A stretch of DNA of 64,000 nt, from contig NC_087436.1 of the NCBI RefSeq assembly GCF_036321535.1, positions 96,660,001-96,724,000 of the forward strand. Reading direction: 5' to 3'. Below, in pieces: positions 38,385-51,519 of the stretch. Below the pieces are notes generated by a model. That model saw only the letters and a program-made list of their open reading frames with translations, had not been told where the DNA came from and searched no databases. Position 1 is the stretch's first letter. Each line of letters begins with the position of its first letter. The position numbers and the translations under genes were made by a program. This DNA comes from Camelus dromedarius (lineage: Eukaryota).

Positions 38385-39900
38385 GAAATGATTAAGCTTA
38401 GTGAGGAAGGCATGTTTATGGCTGAGATAGACTGAAAGTTAGGCCTCTTGCACCAAACACTTAACAAAGTTGTGAATGCAAAGGAAAACTTCCTGAAGAA
38501 AATTAAAAGCATTACTGCAGTGAACACACAGATGATTGGAAAGTGAAATAACCTTATTGCTGATATGGAGAAAGTCTTAGTGGTCTGGCTAGATCAGACC
38601 AGCCACAATGTTCCCTTAAGCCAAAGGCTAATTCAGAGCAGGGCCCTAGCTCTCTTCAATTCTGTGAAGGCTGAGAGAGGTGAGGAAGCTGCAGAAGAGT
38701 TTGAAGCTAGCAGAGGTTGGTTTGTGAGGCTTAGGAAAGAAGCTGTCCCCATAGCATAAAAGTGCAAGGTGAAGCAGCAAGTGCTGATATAGAAGCTGCA
38801 GCAAGTTATCCAGATCTAGCTAAGGTAATTAATAAAGATGGCCACACTAAACAATAAATTCTCAGTGTAGATAAAACAACCTTATATTGGAAGAAGATGC
38901 CGTCTAGGACTATCATAGCTCGGGAGAAGTCAATGCCTGGCTTCAAAGCTGCAAAGGACAGGCTGACTCTCTTGTTCGGGGCTAATTCAGCTGGTGGCTT
39001 TAAGTTGAATCCAGTCCTCATTTACTGTTCCAAAAATCCTATGGTCCTTAAGAGTTATTCTCAGTCTACTCTGCCTGTGCTCTATAAATGGAACAAACGG
39101 AACAAAAAAGCCTGAATGACAGCACATCTGTTTACAACATGGTTTACTGAGTATTTTAAGCCCACTATTGAGATCTACTTCCCAGGGGAAAAAAAGGTTT
39201 CTTTCAAAATATTACTGCTCATTGACAAAGCACATGGTCACCCAAGAGCTCTGATGGAGATGTACAATGCAATTCTTATGTTGTTTTCATGTTTGCTAAC
39301 ACAAAATCCATTCTGCAGCCCATGAATCTAGAAGTCATTTTGATTTTCAGGTCTTATTATTTAAGGAATATATTTTGTAAGGCTAGAGTTGCCACTGTAG
39401 ATAGTGATTCCTCTGATGAATCTGGGAAAATTCAATATAAAATCTTCTGGCAAGGATTCACCATTCTTGATGCCATTAAGACAATTCATTATACATGGGA
39501 AGAGGTCAAAATATCAACAATAACAGGAGTTTGGAAGAAGTTGATACCAATTCTCATGGATGACTTTGAGGGAGTCAAGACTTCCGTGGAGGAAGTAACT
39601 GCAGATGTGGTAGAAATAGCAAGAGAACTAGAATTAGAAGTGGAGGCTGAGATGTGACTGAATTGTTGCAATCTCATAATCAAAATTTAACGGATGAGGA
39701 ATTGCTTCTTATGGAAGAGCAAAGAAAGCACAGCATCTGATGAAGATGCTGTGAAGACTGTTGAAATGACAACAAAAGATTTAGAATATTACATAAACTT
39801 AGTTGATAAAGCAGTAGCAGGATGTGAGCAGATTAACTCCAATTTTGAAAGAAGTTCTGTGGATAAAATGCTATCAAACAGCATTGCATGCTACAGATAA
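38385..39900 (+). pseudogene. Tigger1 (pogo/CENP-B family DDE) transposase, disrupted
   Basis: Successive ORF pieces [77 protein letters not shown], broken by stops and frameshifts. Confidence 0.92.
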
Positions 39901-40304
39901 ATCATTTGTGAAAGGAAGAGTCAATTGATGCAACAAACTTCATAGTTATCTTATTGAAGAAATCACCAGAGCCACCCCAACCTTCAGCAACAACCACTTT
40001 GATCAGTCACCACTCTGACCATCAACATCAGGGCAATACCCTTCACCAGCAAAAGAGTATGACTCGCTGAAGCCTCAGATGATGGTTAGCATCTTTTAAT
40101 AATAAAGTATTTCTCAATTAATATGTTTATTTTTTAGACAGAATGCTATTGCACACTTAATAAACTACAGTATAGTGTAAATATAAGTTTTATAGGCATT
40201 GGAAAATCAAAAGTTCTAAGTTCATGTGACTCACTTATTGCAATATTCATTTTATTGTGATAGTCTTGGGACAGAACCTGCAATATCTCTGATGTGTGCC
40301 TGTA

Positions 40305-40560
40305 TACACTCTCAGTCTTTCCTTTGGGCAAACAAAATTTGGACTCTTTTGAGTGGACTTGCATTGTTGTAGCGGCATGGTGAAGCAAGTATGAAATAAT
40401 TTTAGTTGTATTAAAGGATTAGACAAATGAGTAAATGTAATTATTAGAGGCCACAGTTCTCAGTGTACAAGAAAGGAGATAAAAAGATGGAAGGAGAAAA
40501 GGCAAGGAGAAAACCTGCAGAGATAGATTAGAGTAGAAGATATCAGTATGAACTAATAAT
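40305..40560 (+). mobile_element. Old L1 3' UTR continuation
   Basis: 'gacaaatgagtaaatg...agaaaggagata...gatatcagtatgaact' resembles the L1MC/MD 3' UTR. Confidence 0.55.
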
Positions 40561-41039
40561 GGCATGCCTTCAGTGACTGGTGTTATTTATCATTATCATC
40601 ATCAATTTCAATTGCCCTGGTGACCTTTTTTCTCTGCCTGGATGGGGCTGCAACTCTAAATAAGGAACTGCTCTGGGATTCCTTCAGGGTCCCTGAAAGC
40701 TGTGGTGGCCACTGGAGCTTGTGCATCTACATCAATTACTGCTTTTGTGAATATTAATGCTCAACCACTATGCTGGATTCAGTCATTAAATTACTTTCTG
40801 TAAAGATTGGTAAGTATTTTGAGGAGAGAAGACACCAGGTTTGGAGTTACCAAACTTTCAGAGCTTGTGCAACCACTTTAGTCCTCTGAGTCTCAGTTTC
40901 TTCATGTGCGAAATTTGCTACTACTACTAATAGTTAATATGGATAAAGAAATTGCTTTGTAATGCTATAGATATAGCATGTGATAATACATTTTGATAAT
41001 AACTTTCTCATAGGATTGTTGAGAGGACAGGAAAGAAAG

Positions 41040-41260
41040 AATATTGAGTGCTTACTAGGAGCCAGGCATTTTCTAGGTTATTTAGCTATATATTCACATT
41101 TAATCTTAACAACGTGGTAAAAAAAAATGCATTATGTGCCCCCACTTTACAGATAAGAAAACTGTGAATAAAATAGACTAAATACATATCCTAAAATTCC
41201 AAAGCTCTTATTTCAAGGATTAGGATAACAAAGCCTCTGTTGCCTACCACTCTAGGCTGA
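41040..41260 (-). mobile_element. MIR SINE
   Basis: 'tattgagtgcttactaggagccaggcattttctagg...atttaatctt...cccactttacagataagaaaactg'. Confidence 0.75.
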
Positions 41261-41334
41261 GAATTAAATGAAGAAAGTATATAAAAATACTTTATAATCT
41301 GTATTTATATTAACATAATATATAATTGTAATTA

Positions 41335-41640
41335 AGGGAGATAAGACAAACACATGAAACAATTAGAAAACAATGTATTCTTAAACCAAATGATATTGAT
41401 GCGATAGCGAGTGCAGTTGGAGTTGGGAGTGGGGAGAATCAAAGTGTTGATTGGCATGGGATGGACTGTAGACTGCTCTCTGGGAGGGATGGGACTTGAA
41501 TAGGCCTTGAACAGAGAGCATTTTGATAAATGGTGATAAGTAGCGAGGGCATTCCAGGCAGGGAGAACTGCATGATTAAAGGCACACAGAATGGTGCATG
41601 TGCTGCAGTGTATAGGACATCTGCAAAAACACAACTAGAT
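41335..41640 (-). mobile_element. L2 fragment
   Basis: 'gggacttgaataggccttgaa...gagggcattccaggcagggagaactgcatg'. Confidence 0.7.
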
Positions 41641-42519
41641 AGATCAACTAGGCCTGCTTCAAGATAGAGTAAAATTATTTTCCGTACTGTTTCTTAAAAT
41701 CAGGAATTTGATTAGCTTTTTTTGGTAACTTAGAATCATGATGCACCTGAATGACCACCAAAATTTTGCTGACCTCTCTGTGCTGGAAGTAAATTTCCCT
41801 AATGAATATGCTGCACTTGGTTCTGCAAGCTTTATAGAGATAAATGTCTATGCAGCCACAGTAAAGGTCAGCGGAAATTCTGCTCACTAAAAACCTGTAG
41901 CATCTGGCCTATAACAAAGCATTTTTTATCACTGAGATGAAGAAAAAGATAGAAAAAAGCTGTCTGATGACGGATTTTGCTATGCTGTGTTATGATGATG
42001 GATTTCATGCTATGAAACATGAAAGGAAAATTTTTTTTTAAAGTTATGTAAACAATGTCAAAAATAAAGCCCCCAACTTTTAAAGAAATGCTCAAAGAGT
42101 TTTGTTTACTCTTTTACATGTCATTCCCCATCCTTATCATATTCTACCCGTATTTAATCTGTTTTTCTTTTTAGATAAAACTTTCAGTGATCTGAAGGCT
42201 TTTTCAGCTCTCTGAACATATGTAGGCTTCTCCATTTTGGCATTTTAGTTTGCTATACTTTTTATTCCTTATATGTAGTAGTTCATTTGACAACAAAGGA
42301 TAAAGAAATATATATTCTGTAGACTTTTTCCCCATTCAGCAAGAGATTTCCAACTAGTATGAAAGTTATGTTGCCAAAAATCTGGAAAACAACTAAGACA
42401 TTGACCAGGTGTATATAACACGTTATGTTAAAAAATACTATTTTAGTGAGTATTTGAGAAGGGCATAAAAATATAATTGTAAAGATTGAGGATTTTCCCA
42501 ACACTTATGAAAGATGCTA

Positions 42520-45300
42520 AACTACAGATTTTCAAAAGTATTTAGAACCCAAATAAAGACTGAAAGAATTTATGGCTAGTAGATCTCCCTTACAGGAAAT
42601 ACTAAAGGAAATCCTCAGACCTCAAGAAAACAATTCCAGTTGGTAACTCAATTCCAGAGGAAGAAATAAAGAACATCAGAAATGGTAAATATTTGTGCTA
42701 ACATAAAAGACTCTATAAAATATTTGAATTATTTTTTCTCTTAATTTTTAAAAAAGATTGTATAAAAAATAATTATAAAAGTCTATTGTTGGATTTAAAA
42801 TATGCATATAAATGTAACGTATATAACTAATAGCACAAGAGAAAGCTATATTGGAGCAAAGATCTAAATTTTATTAAATCTAATTAGTGTTAATTTGAAG
42901 TGGCTTGTGATTGACTAAGATTCATATTGAAATATTCGTATTAGAAATTCACACATTTCTAAGTGTTCCTATCATGAACACTTAGAAAATAACACACAAA
43001 ATGTAGTTTTTTAAAAAGTGAATTTAAGTAGTACACTAAAGAAAATCTATTTAACACAAAAGAATGGAGTAAAGGAGGAAAGAGAAAGAAAAAAGACTGA
43101 AGTCATATAGAAAACATATAGTAACGTATAATATATAAAGCCAACTATATCAATAATTTAATTAGATATGAATGCTCTCAATATTCCAACAAAACAGCAG
43201 AGATTGTCAAGATGGATATGAAAAGAAAAATCCAAAATCCAACCCTATGGTGTATGCAAGACACACACTCTAGATTCAATGACAGACTGAGAGTAAAATA
43301 ATGCAAAAAAATTGTGTAAACACTAACCAAAAGAGAGCTAGGTGGCTATTTTAATGTCTAACAAGATAGACTTTAAGACAAAATATTTCTAGAAGGGTTA
43401 AAGAAGAAACCACAAGGGAAACTGGAAAATAATTTGAACTCAATGAAAATTAAAATACAATATATCAAAATTTATGGGATGTAGCTAGAACATCAACTAG
43501 AGGGAAATTTGTTGATTTCAATACTTACATCAGGAAAATAAGAAAAGACTCAAATCAAACGTAAGCTTCCACCTTCAGAGACTAGAAAAAGAGAAACAAA
43601 ATCCAAATCAAGCAAGCAGAAGAAAGGAAAGAGTAATGGTTAGAGGGAAAAAAAAAATGAAAAGGAAAACAGAAAACTGGAAAATCAATGAAACTAAGAG
43701 TTCTTTGGAAAGATTAATAAAATTGACAAATCTTTAATCATACTGACAAATAAAAAAGAAAGAAGCCACAAATTACCCAATTAAAAATGAAAGAGGGAAT
43801 GTTACCATCATCCTTATTGAAACTAAAAGGATCACAAAGGAACATTGTAAATATTTTTTAAGCCATCAAATCAGACATCTCAGATAAAATGGAAACATTC
43901 CTAGAAAGATGTAAATTGTCAAAAGTGACTCAAGAAAAATGGAAAATCTGAATAGACTTAAACAATTAAAAGAATTGAAATTTCAGTTCTTCCCTCAAAG
44001 AAAGTCTAGGACCAGTTGACATCGATTGTGAATTTTAAAGTATTTGAAGAAATAACACCGTTCCTTTACAAACTCTTTGGAAAATATGGGAGAAGCAAAC
44101 ATTTCTCATCTCATTCTACAGGGCCAGTAATACACTATTAACAAAACCGAAGACAGTACAAGAAAAAACAAAATGATAAATCAATACCAATATCCCTTAT
44201 GAACATGGATGTAAATACCCTTCACAAAATATTAGCAAATCAAATATCATAGCATATAAAAAGAATTAAACACTGGGATTTATCCCAGGAATACAAGATT
44301 GCTTTAATATTTAAAAATTAATGAAATAGACCATGTTAATAGATTAAAGAACAAAAATCACATGATTCTTTCAAAAAATACAAAGCAAGCATTTGACAAA
44401 TTCCACCACCCATTTGTAATAAAAAATTTGATCAAACTAGGACTATAAGGGATCTTCTTCAATCTGATAAAAGTCGTCCACACACACACACACACAAAAA
44501 CCCAAACTGAACCAAACTATACAAAAAACCCACAGCTGCTTCACACTTAATAGTGAAAAGATAACTTCCTTCCCTCCAAATAGGGAGCAAGGCAAGAATG
44601 TCTAATCTAGCCCTTGTATAACTTACTGTGCAATAAAATAGGCAAAAAGAATGTATCTAGGTGTGTTTTTCACTCAGAGGAGATACCCTTCTATTAAATT
44701 TCTTGTCTTATTAAGAACTTGGCTTTTGTAAATTAAAAACATGAGATGATATTCTGCATACACCAAATTAGCAACAATGAAAAATTTGCAATGACAATTT
44801 CAAGTGTGCTAATGGTATTGTACATTGGGACTATCAATTTAGGAACCAGTTTTTCATTGTGTAGTAAATTTGAACAAATAAATTTTCTATGATACCAGCA
44901 ATTACAACTCCTACATATATATCCTAAATAAACTCTTGCATGTGTGTACCAAGATACATAAACAGAATGTTTATAGAATCATTGCTTGTAGTAGCTAAAT
45001 ACTGAAATAATCCAAATGTCCATTAACACTAAAATGAATGAATGAATTGTGGTATGGTTACACTTCAGTGAAAATGAGATAACAAAAACAGAACTAGAGT
45101 GCAAGGATAAATCTCACAAATATTAGGATGTGCTAAATAAAACTCAGAAGAATATACACAGTATATAACCTATTTACAGGTCTAAAAATGAATCGTATTA
45201 CTTTGGGATGAACATATAGATGTTTTTTATTTTCTATTAACTTTTTATTTAAAGATAGGGAATCAGTTACCACAGAATTTGAGATAGTAATTGCCTAATG
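42520..45300 (+). mobile_element. Old L1 remnants (ORF1 end, deleted ORF2, 3' end; possibly more than one element)
   Basis: A-rich; 'tacaggaaatactaaaggaa', 'atcaaaatttatgggatgtagct', 'gggatttatcccaggaatacaag', 'gcatttgacaaattcca', 'ccaaatgtccatt'. Confidence 0.8.
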
Positions 45301-45603
45301 ATGCCAACAGTTAGGTAATTTCTTTGCAGAGATCATAGAAGTTTTGAGGTTGAATACCTCCATTTTTTTTCTTGGAGTTAAAAGTCATAGCAATTTAGGT
45401 ATCATAGTATAAATTATATATTTTTATGTGCTCCAAAAAGCACATGCTTGTTTAGGAAGCTCTGTGGAAACACTCTGGTTTGGAATGTGTAAGCAGCAAA
45501 AGTAGGGAAGATCCCAGAAAATATAAATCCCCTTCCAGATTAAAAACAGAGGCTACTTGGTAATAAATGGAGAAAAGAAGAAAAAGCAAGTGATGACAGG
45601 TCT

Positions 45604-45711
45604 TAACTTGTATTTGTGTTTCACTACAGAATTTAACTGAGCTTTTAATTATAATCATAACTTGTATTTGTGTTTCACTACAGAATTTAACTGAGCTTTT
45701 AATTATAATCA
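45604..45711. repeat. Perfect 2 x 54-bp tandem duplication
   Basis: 45604-45657 is identical to 45658-45711. Confidence 0.97.
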
Positions 45712-46761
45712 TACTCATTAACTCTGGTTAGAGACGTGGTTTATATCATGCCCATTTTACAGATGAGAATGTGGAAGTTCATAGAGTGTAGGCATCTGGA
45801 ACAAGATGGCTCAAGTTACTTATCTGAGTTTGTTTATAGAAGAACATTAAGACAGTAAATGACCAAGAGGCATTAAGGTAAAGTCTCTGGTGTGAGAACT
45901 TCTTTTTATGCACTTACACGGATATCAATATCTGTAATCCAGTGCTAAAAGTTATTTTCAGATTAAATAGTGAAAGAATGTTCAGAGACTAGAGGAACAG
46001 CTTTTCATCATCCTCCCTGCCTTATCCTTGAAATAGATCTGTGCAATGAAATCGCTCAACATGGGACTGATATTGCACTAATAACTTCCATCCAGGAATA
46101 TAATTAAACAAAGGGTAGTCATGTTAAAGAAATCAGTCTTGATTCTTCAGGACTGTCTGTTCTTTACCATTTTCTTTATCAAAAATTACTGAGGATTTGG
46201 GTATAATTAAATTTCAGAATATGTTATTCTTCTGACATCTTCTTTTATGATAAAGCTCAGCAATAAAATTGAGCTCTATTTTATTTGCTGAAAATTAATA
46301 AGATTTGCACCGAACTCCATTATATTTTATTTCTTTTTAATTGTTTCAATTAATAATATTATTTTTTTAAATACAAGAAAGTCAACTCAAGTCATTTTAT
46401 TATAAATTAAGGTATTGACTACTCACTGTAGAGTAAATGTTTAGATGGTATAAAGAGTATGCTTAAGCATGCATTAAACTTTATGCCACCTGGGATGTAC
46501 AGTACACTAATTTCTCTTGTTGAAGAAGAGGTAAACTATTTCCCTCATTGTGTTTAGACAAATTATTTCGATTAACTCTGATAGGATCATGAAGCATAGT
46601 CAATTTTGATGTCAATCAGGTTATTTATAAAATAATTCTAGGAGACCTATGAAAAAGTATATATCTGGTCTTCTAGATGGATTTTTGTTAAGACTAGTAT
46701 TTTTGATAATTGCTATGCTTCTGATTTTAGTTCAATAAATTTTTCTCAAAAACATGATATA

Positions 46762-47163
46762 TGTCAAGTTATCTGGAAACAGAAGCTGAGACAGGGTTTC
46801 TTGTTCACGTGTTCTAAAGGGAAGGAAGTGAGATATGAGGATATAACAGAAGAGGAAAGTTAAGCTAGGATGTGGTTTCAGTTTCAGTTTCCAAGCTCTG
46901 GTCTGATCCCAGGGAAGTTCTAGAGCACAGCTTGTACTGTGGTCTTTGCCCTACCTTGAAGCAAGGGGGTACATCCTTTGTACTCCTGTGTCAGTCAGTC
47001 ATGGACTGAGGTCAGCCATAGGGTAGTGTGGAGGACTCTTTTTGCATGAAGTTATTTGTTAGAAACGGGATGGGGGCAGCTGTGAGTCAGCATTTACTTG
47101 GGTTAGGCGCTAGGTGTACTGGCTTGTAAAGGGTATTTTGGTGTGGCACCACCAACACCCACA
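46762..47163 (-). mobile_element. LTR16-family ERVL LTR
   Basis: 'aaacagaagctgagacagggtttcttg...ctgatcccagggaagttctagagc...gtgtcagtcagtcatggactg'. Confidence 0.7.
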
Positions 47164-49476
47164 CCCAACGTCCTGTAATGTAACAAACACATTCTACCCT
47201 CTAGATAGTTACAATCTTCACAAACATTGCCACACTTTTATATTGTGAAGATATCACTCCAAGCATATCTGCCAATAACTTCAAGGAATCTCTGCAGAAT
47301 TGGAGACTTAATAGAGATCATGGTTAGACTTACCTGTTTGAACTGAAATTATCATGCAGAAAGCAGAGAAAACTAATTCAAAACTGAGTCAATGATCTAA
47401 TTTACAGACTGATCACATTTTTTTATTCAAAGTCAGAGAACATATCTCCCAAATCTTCTTGCTGAAGATTTAGCACAAGAGAAATATTCCCCAATCACTG
47501 CCTTTGGACTGATAACTCCCCATAGTGGCAGTTTGTTCTTCAAGAAGGCTCCTTACTGTGTCATAATTGGTCTGTAGTTTATTAGAACTACCACCAAAGT
47601 GTTTTATGTGTAGCATTGATTTGATTTTATAAAGCACTGAACCTTATTAAGATTGTTTGAATCAGTCTCCTATAGACTGAGTTAATTTGGTTTTCTTTAA
47701 TATTATTTTTAATGATTCTCCATACATATCTTTTTTTATTTTTTTAGGCAAAGCCACATTTAATTTTTTAAGACGACATGCAATTAGTTGACAATATTTC
47801 TGTCAGCTTTTAAATTAATCCTGATCACAGCAGGGTATTGTAATACAATCTGGATGCGTTATTAATCAAAACTGGCACAGCTGGAGCCCCAAAGCAGCAA
47901 GGGATTCAGTGGCACACCAAAGAACAAACTTAATTACAAAAGAGAATGAGCCCCTCAAGTAGAGGACATCGTAGTTGGTTGTCTTAGGTGCAAAGCATTT
48001 TGGCTCCTGGGCAACAGGCGATAAGCTTTACATTCTTAGGATGAGGTGGTCAATGGAAGAAACTGAGCTTTTCAGAGTGGCTCCACAGAGAAAAGCCAGG
48101 CAGACTAAGAGAACACTACTGCCAAGAAGCTGCCCTCATTTCCATTCTGATTTGTGAAAGTGGTAGGTGCCAAAATATCTGACCTGATAGACTTCAAGTA
48201 CCTATTGATCTGGCAGGTGGAAGGACACTTTTCATCTGAAAGACCGGGGATGACTGGATGAGGACAAATAAGGAGCAACACTGTATTAAGTTCTGCTCTA
48301 AATTTATTTGATAAAAATGGATTGAAAACATTTGTTTAAATAGTAATCCAATCAGATAAATGTCCCACCTCAAATTTTAAATCATGTAGTCTTCTTTCAA
48401 GTGGAAAATATTTTCTTCTTTCAAACATATTAGACTGCAGACTTTATCATCAGCTTCCAGTTTGATACCTGGACTATAGTTGGTGGTCGCAGATTATTTG
48501 TTGAATGGGTGAATAAATAAATGAGTGACTAAGGAATGGTGATTTTTTGTTTGGGAAGATACGTAGAAAGGAGAAACTTACAAGCTTATTCCAGAAAATG
48601 AAATAATATTCTTTCCATATGAAAAACTCTGTTACTCATTTCTGGGCTAAAGTGCTCTGATTATCTTCTGAATAACCATGTATTCCTGTTGTTCAGCTTT
48701 TATGTATAAAGTAATTCTTGCTTCTTATGTCTTTTATTAAAGATTTTCCCTGTCATTTTATTGAGAAAGACAGAAAAATGGCCTAAAAGGTCTGTAGAAG
48801 GATTGGATTGTCAATTTGTTTTGGATAAAAATTGTTTTTAAGACATGTCTTTTGAGGCTAGTCTAAGTTAAAAACAACCCCCAGAAGGGTTACCTCTTGG
48901 GGCTGTTTTTTTTTTTTCCTATTAATCTGCTCCATCTCACTCTTAACACAGTTGCTTCCACTGAATTATGAATAAATTTAACATGATCTGCCTTTGAATA
49001 TCTATGAGAAAGCCACTTGATTTCTATAATTCATAAAACTGTGGCTAACGGGTACTCTTTGTTCTTATTCAATGTCCTCCAAACAGAAGTTCTCATAATA
49101 AATTTCTATAACATTTTTATTCCAGAAAAATGATATTGGTACATAGGAATATCTAAAATCTTTGCCATTGGCTGTCTTGCTTCATTTAAAAAACAATCAT
49201 TTAGCTTTATCTATAAATGCATTTTATTATTTTAAAATATGTTTTAACCTGTATGTACCTCAAATTATTTTATGAATAGGCAAGAGACTTAAAGCATTTA
49301 GTGAAAACTTGCATTATTATGGATAAAGAGGGAGGTAAATGTATCAAGTGAAAAGAGCATGTTGTATGGGATAGGATGACCTGAGCTGTCACTCTAGCTG
49401 TGTGAATTTGAAAAAGTTACTATTTGTCTTGGCTTCTGTTTGTCTTTGAAAAAGTGAGGATATGAGGCCCAACATC

Positions 49477-49667
49477 CAGTAATGTGCTGGAACTGATTTG
49501 CTGGCAAGAGCTGATTATTAAATATTCATGAGATTTACAAACCACTTTTAAATCATTGGTAGGTAGAAATTGGCCATGGTGGAAGTATTTACACCACAGA
49601 GATTGTCATGCATTATAAGTCAGAGTTGGGTTTTTTTTTTAAGAGCTAGTTTATCTGCACATCACTG
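49477..49667 (+). mobile_element. MER63A-like hAT-Blackjack MITE, inside a MIR (about 49340-49740)
   Basis: TIRs cagtaatgtgc and gcacatcactg; core 'aaattggccatggtggaagtatttacaccac'. Confidence 0.8.
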
Positions 49668-50121
49668 ATTGCTATTATAAAGAGCAAATGAGATAATTTA
49701 CGTAAAAGTATTTTGTAATCCTAAAAAACCTATGCTTAACAGTCAATATGGTAGATTCAAAGTGATTTATCATTGAATTACATTGCATGTCTTTCTTTAT
49801 TATTCAATCCATAATTCAAAACATTCACTTTTATAAAAGATTATGACAAAATTCTTATGAAAAACAATTTAAAATTAAAAATAACAAGTTTATCTCTAAA
49901 AGGTCTCGTTGAGAAGATAAGAAAAAAGAGTAATACATTTTTTTTCTTGGAGATATGAAACAATTCAAACAAATCCACGTGGGATAGAAAAGGAAAATAA
50001 ATTCAGGTGAGCAGAGATGAAAGCAAAAAGTATTAACTTCTAAGCAGAAAGGGACTTGATCAGGAAACTAATTTTTGAAAAACAATCCTATTTACAAAAA
50101 CTTTAATATATTCTAAAGATG

Positions 50122-50790
50122 TTTTTCCAGCTTTATTGGGGTATAGTTGGCAAACAAATACTGTATATACTTAAGATGTATAACTTAATGTATTGATATA
50201 CATTGTGAAATAATTACCTCAAACAAGCTAAGTAGCATATTTGTTTGCTTACATAGTTACCATTTTCTTGTGCATATGGTTTGTGTGGTGAGGACACTTA
50301 AGATCTCCTTTTTTAGGAAATTTCAAGTATACAATACAGTATTGTTAACTATAGTCACGTTGCTGTGCATTAGATCTACAGAACTTACTCATCTTGCATA
50401 ACTGAAACTTTGTGTCCTTTAACCCATCTCCCCATTTCCCCCTTGCCCTGGTCCCTGGCTGCCATCATTCTACTTTCTGCTTCTGTGAGTTAAACTATTT
50501 TAGATTCCACATGGAAGTGAGACCACACAGTATTTGCCTTTCTGTGTTTGGCTTATTTTATTTAGCATAATATTCTCCATGTTCATCTATGTTATCAAAT
50601 GGTAAGATTTCCTTCTTTTTAGGTAGGGAGAGTCATTAAATGGTAGAATTTTTTCTTTTTTTAAAGCTAAATAGTATTATATATAATGTACATAATATTT
50701 TATATTATATATATTCCAATATGTATATTATATGTACACATGTAATACTTAACGGATTTTCTTTGTCTAATCCTCCATCGACAGACATCT
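50122..50790 (-). mobile_element. L1MA-type 3' end
   Basis: 'gctttattggggtatagttggca...gtggtgaggacacttaagatc...ttttagattccacatggaagtgag'. Confidence 0.88.
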
Positions 50791-51203
50791 ATATTTCTGT
50801 ATACAATCAATTAAATATGTGAAAAGGAAAGTAAGAAAACATTCCCATTCACAATAGCAACAAACATAATAAAATATTTAGGAATAAAGTTAACCAAAGA
50901 GGTTGAAAGACTTGTCCACTGGTAATTATAAACCATTGATGAAAAAAATTAAAGAAGACACAGAAGAATGGAAAGGCATCCTGGGTGCATGGATTGTAAT
51001 AATTAATCTTGTTAAATCTCTATACTATCCAAAGTCATCTACAGATTCAGTGCAGTCTCAATCAAAATCCCAATGGTATTTTCAGAAACAGAATAAAAAA
51101 TGCTAAATTTCATTTGGAATCACAAAAGACCATGAATAACAAAAGCGATCTTTAGCAAGAAGAGCAAGGCTGGAGGCATCATATTTCCTGATTTCAAAAT
51201 TGT
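50791..51203 (+). mobile_element. L1 ORF2 segment (probable inverted part of the preceding L1)
   Basis: ORF 50903-51106 (KDLSTGNYKPLMKKIKEDTEEWKGI..WI); 'gctggaggcatcatatttcctgatttcaaa'. Confidence 0.85.
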
Positions 51204-51519
51204 GTAAAAACTTTAAATAAGGAAAATATATCTCTCATATTATTAGAGTACTCATCCATGCAAATACAGTGACTGGTTCTTCTCTCTCAAAAATATTCTC
51301 CCTAAAATGTCTGCACTTCAGAGAAACAACAGTAACCAAGAGTCTCATTCTCTAGGTCTCATGCTCCTTGGCATCTCTACCAGAGATGCATATATATATA
51401 TATTTTTATCATTTTGCTTCATCTCTTTCTCCAATGGTTTCTATGCTGGTTTCCAACTTTTTTTGTTCCCACTCACACTTCCTTCTCTCTCTCTCTCCAC
51501 ACTGCAACCCCAATTCTCT

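Larger units (their letters stand above)
37559..40302 (+). mobile_element. Tigger1 DNA transposon, near full length
   Basis: TIRs caggcatacttc and gatgtgtgcctg|TA; internal transposase fragments. Confidence 0.95.

Noticed and set aside
38385..39900. Domesticated TIGD/CENP-B-like gene
   Set aside because: Multiple stops and frameshifts with both TIRs retained indicate a neutral Tigger1 fossil.
45604..45711. CRISPR-like array
   Set aside because: Only two abutting copies, no spacers, mammalian context.
48869..48917. Hairpin plus T-tract resembling an intrinsic terminator
   Set aside because: Imperfect stem in eukaryotic non-coding DNA with no upstream gene.
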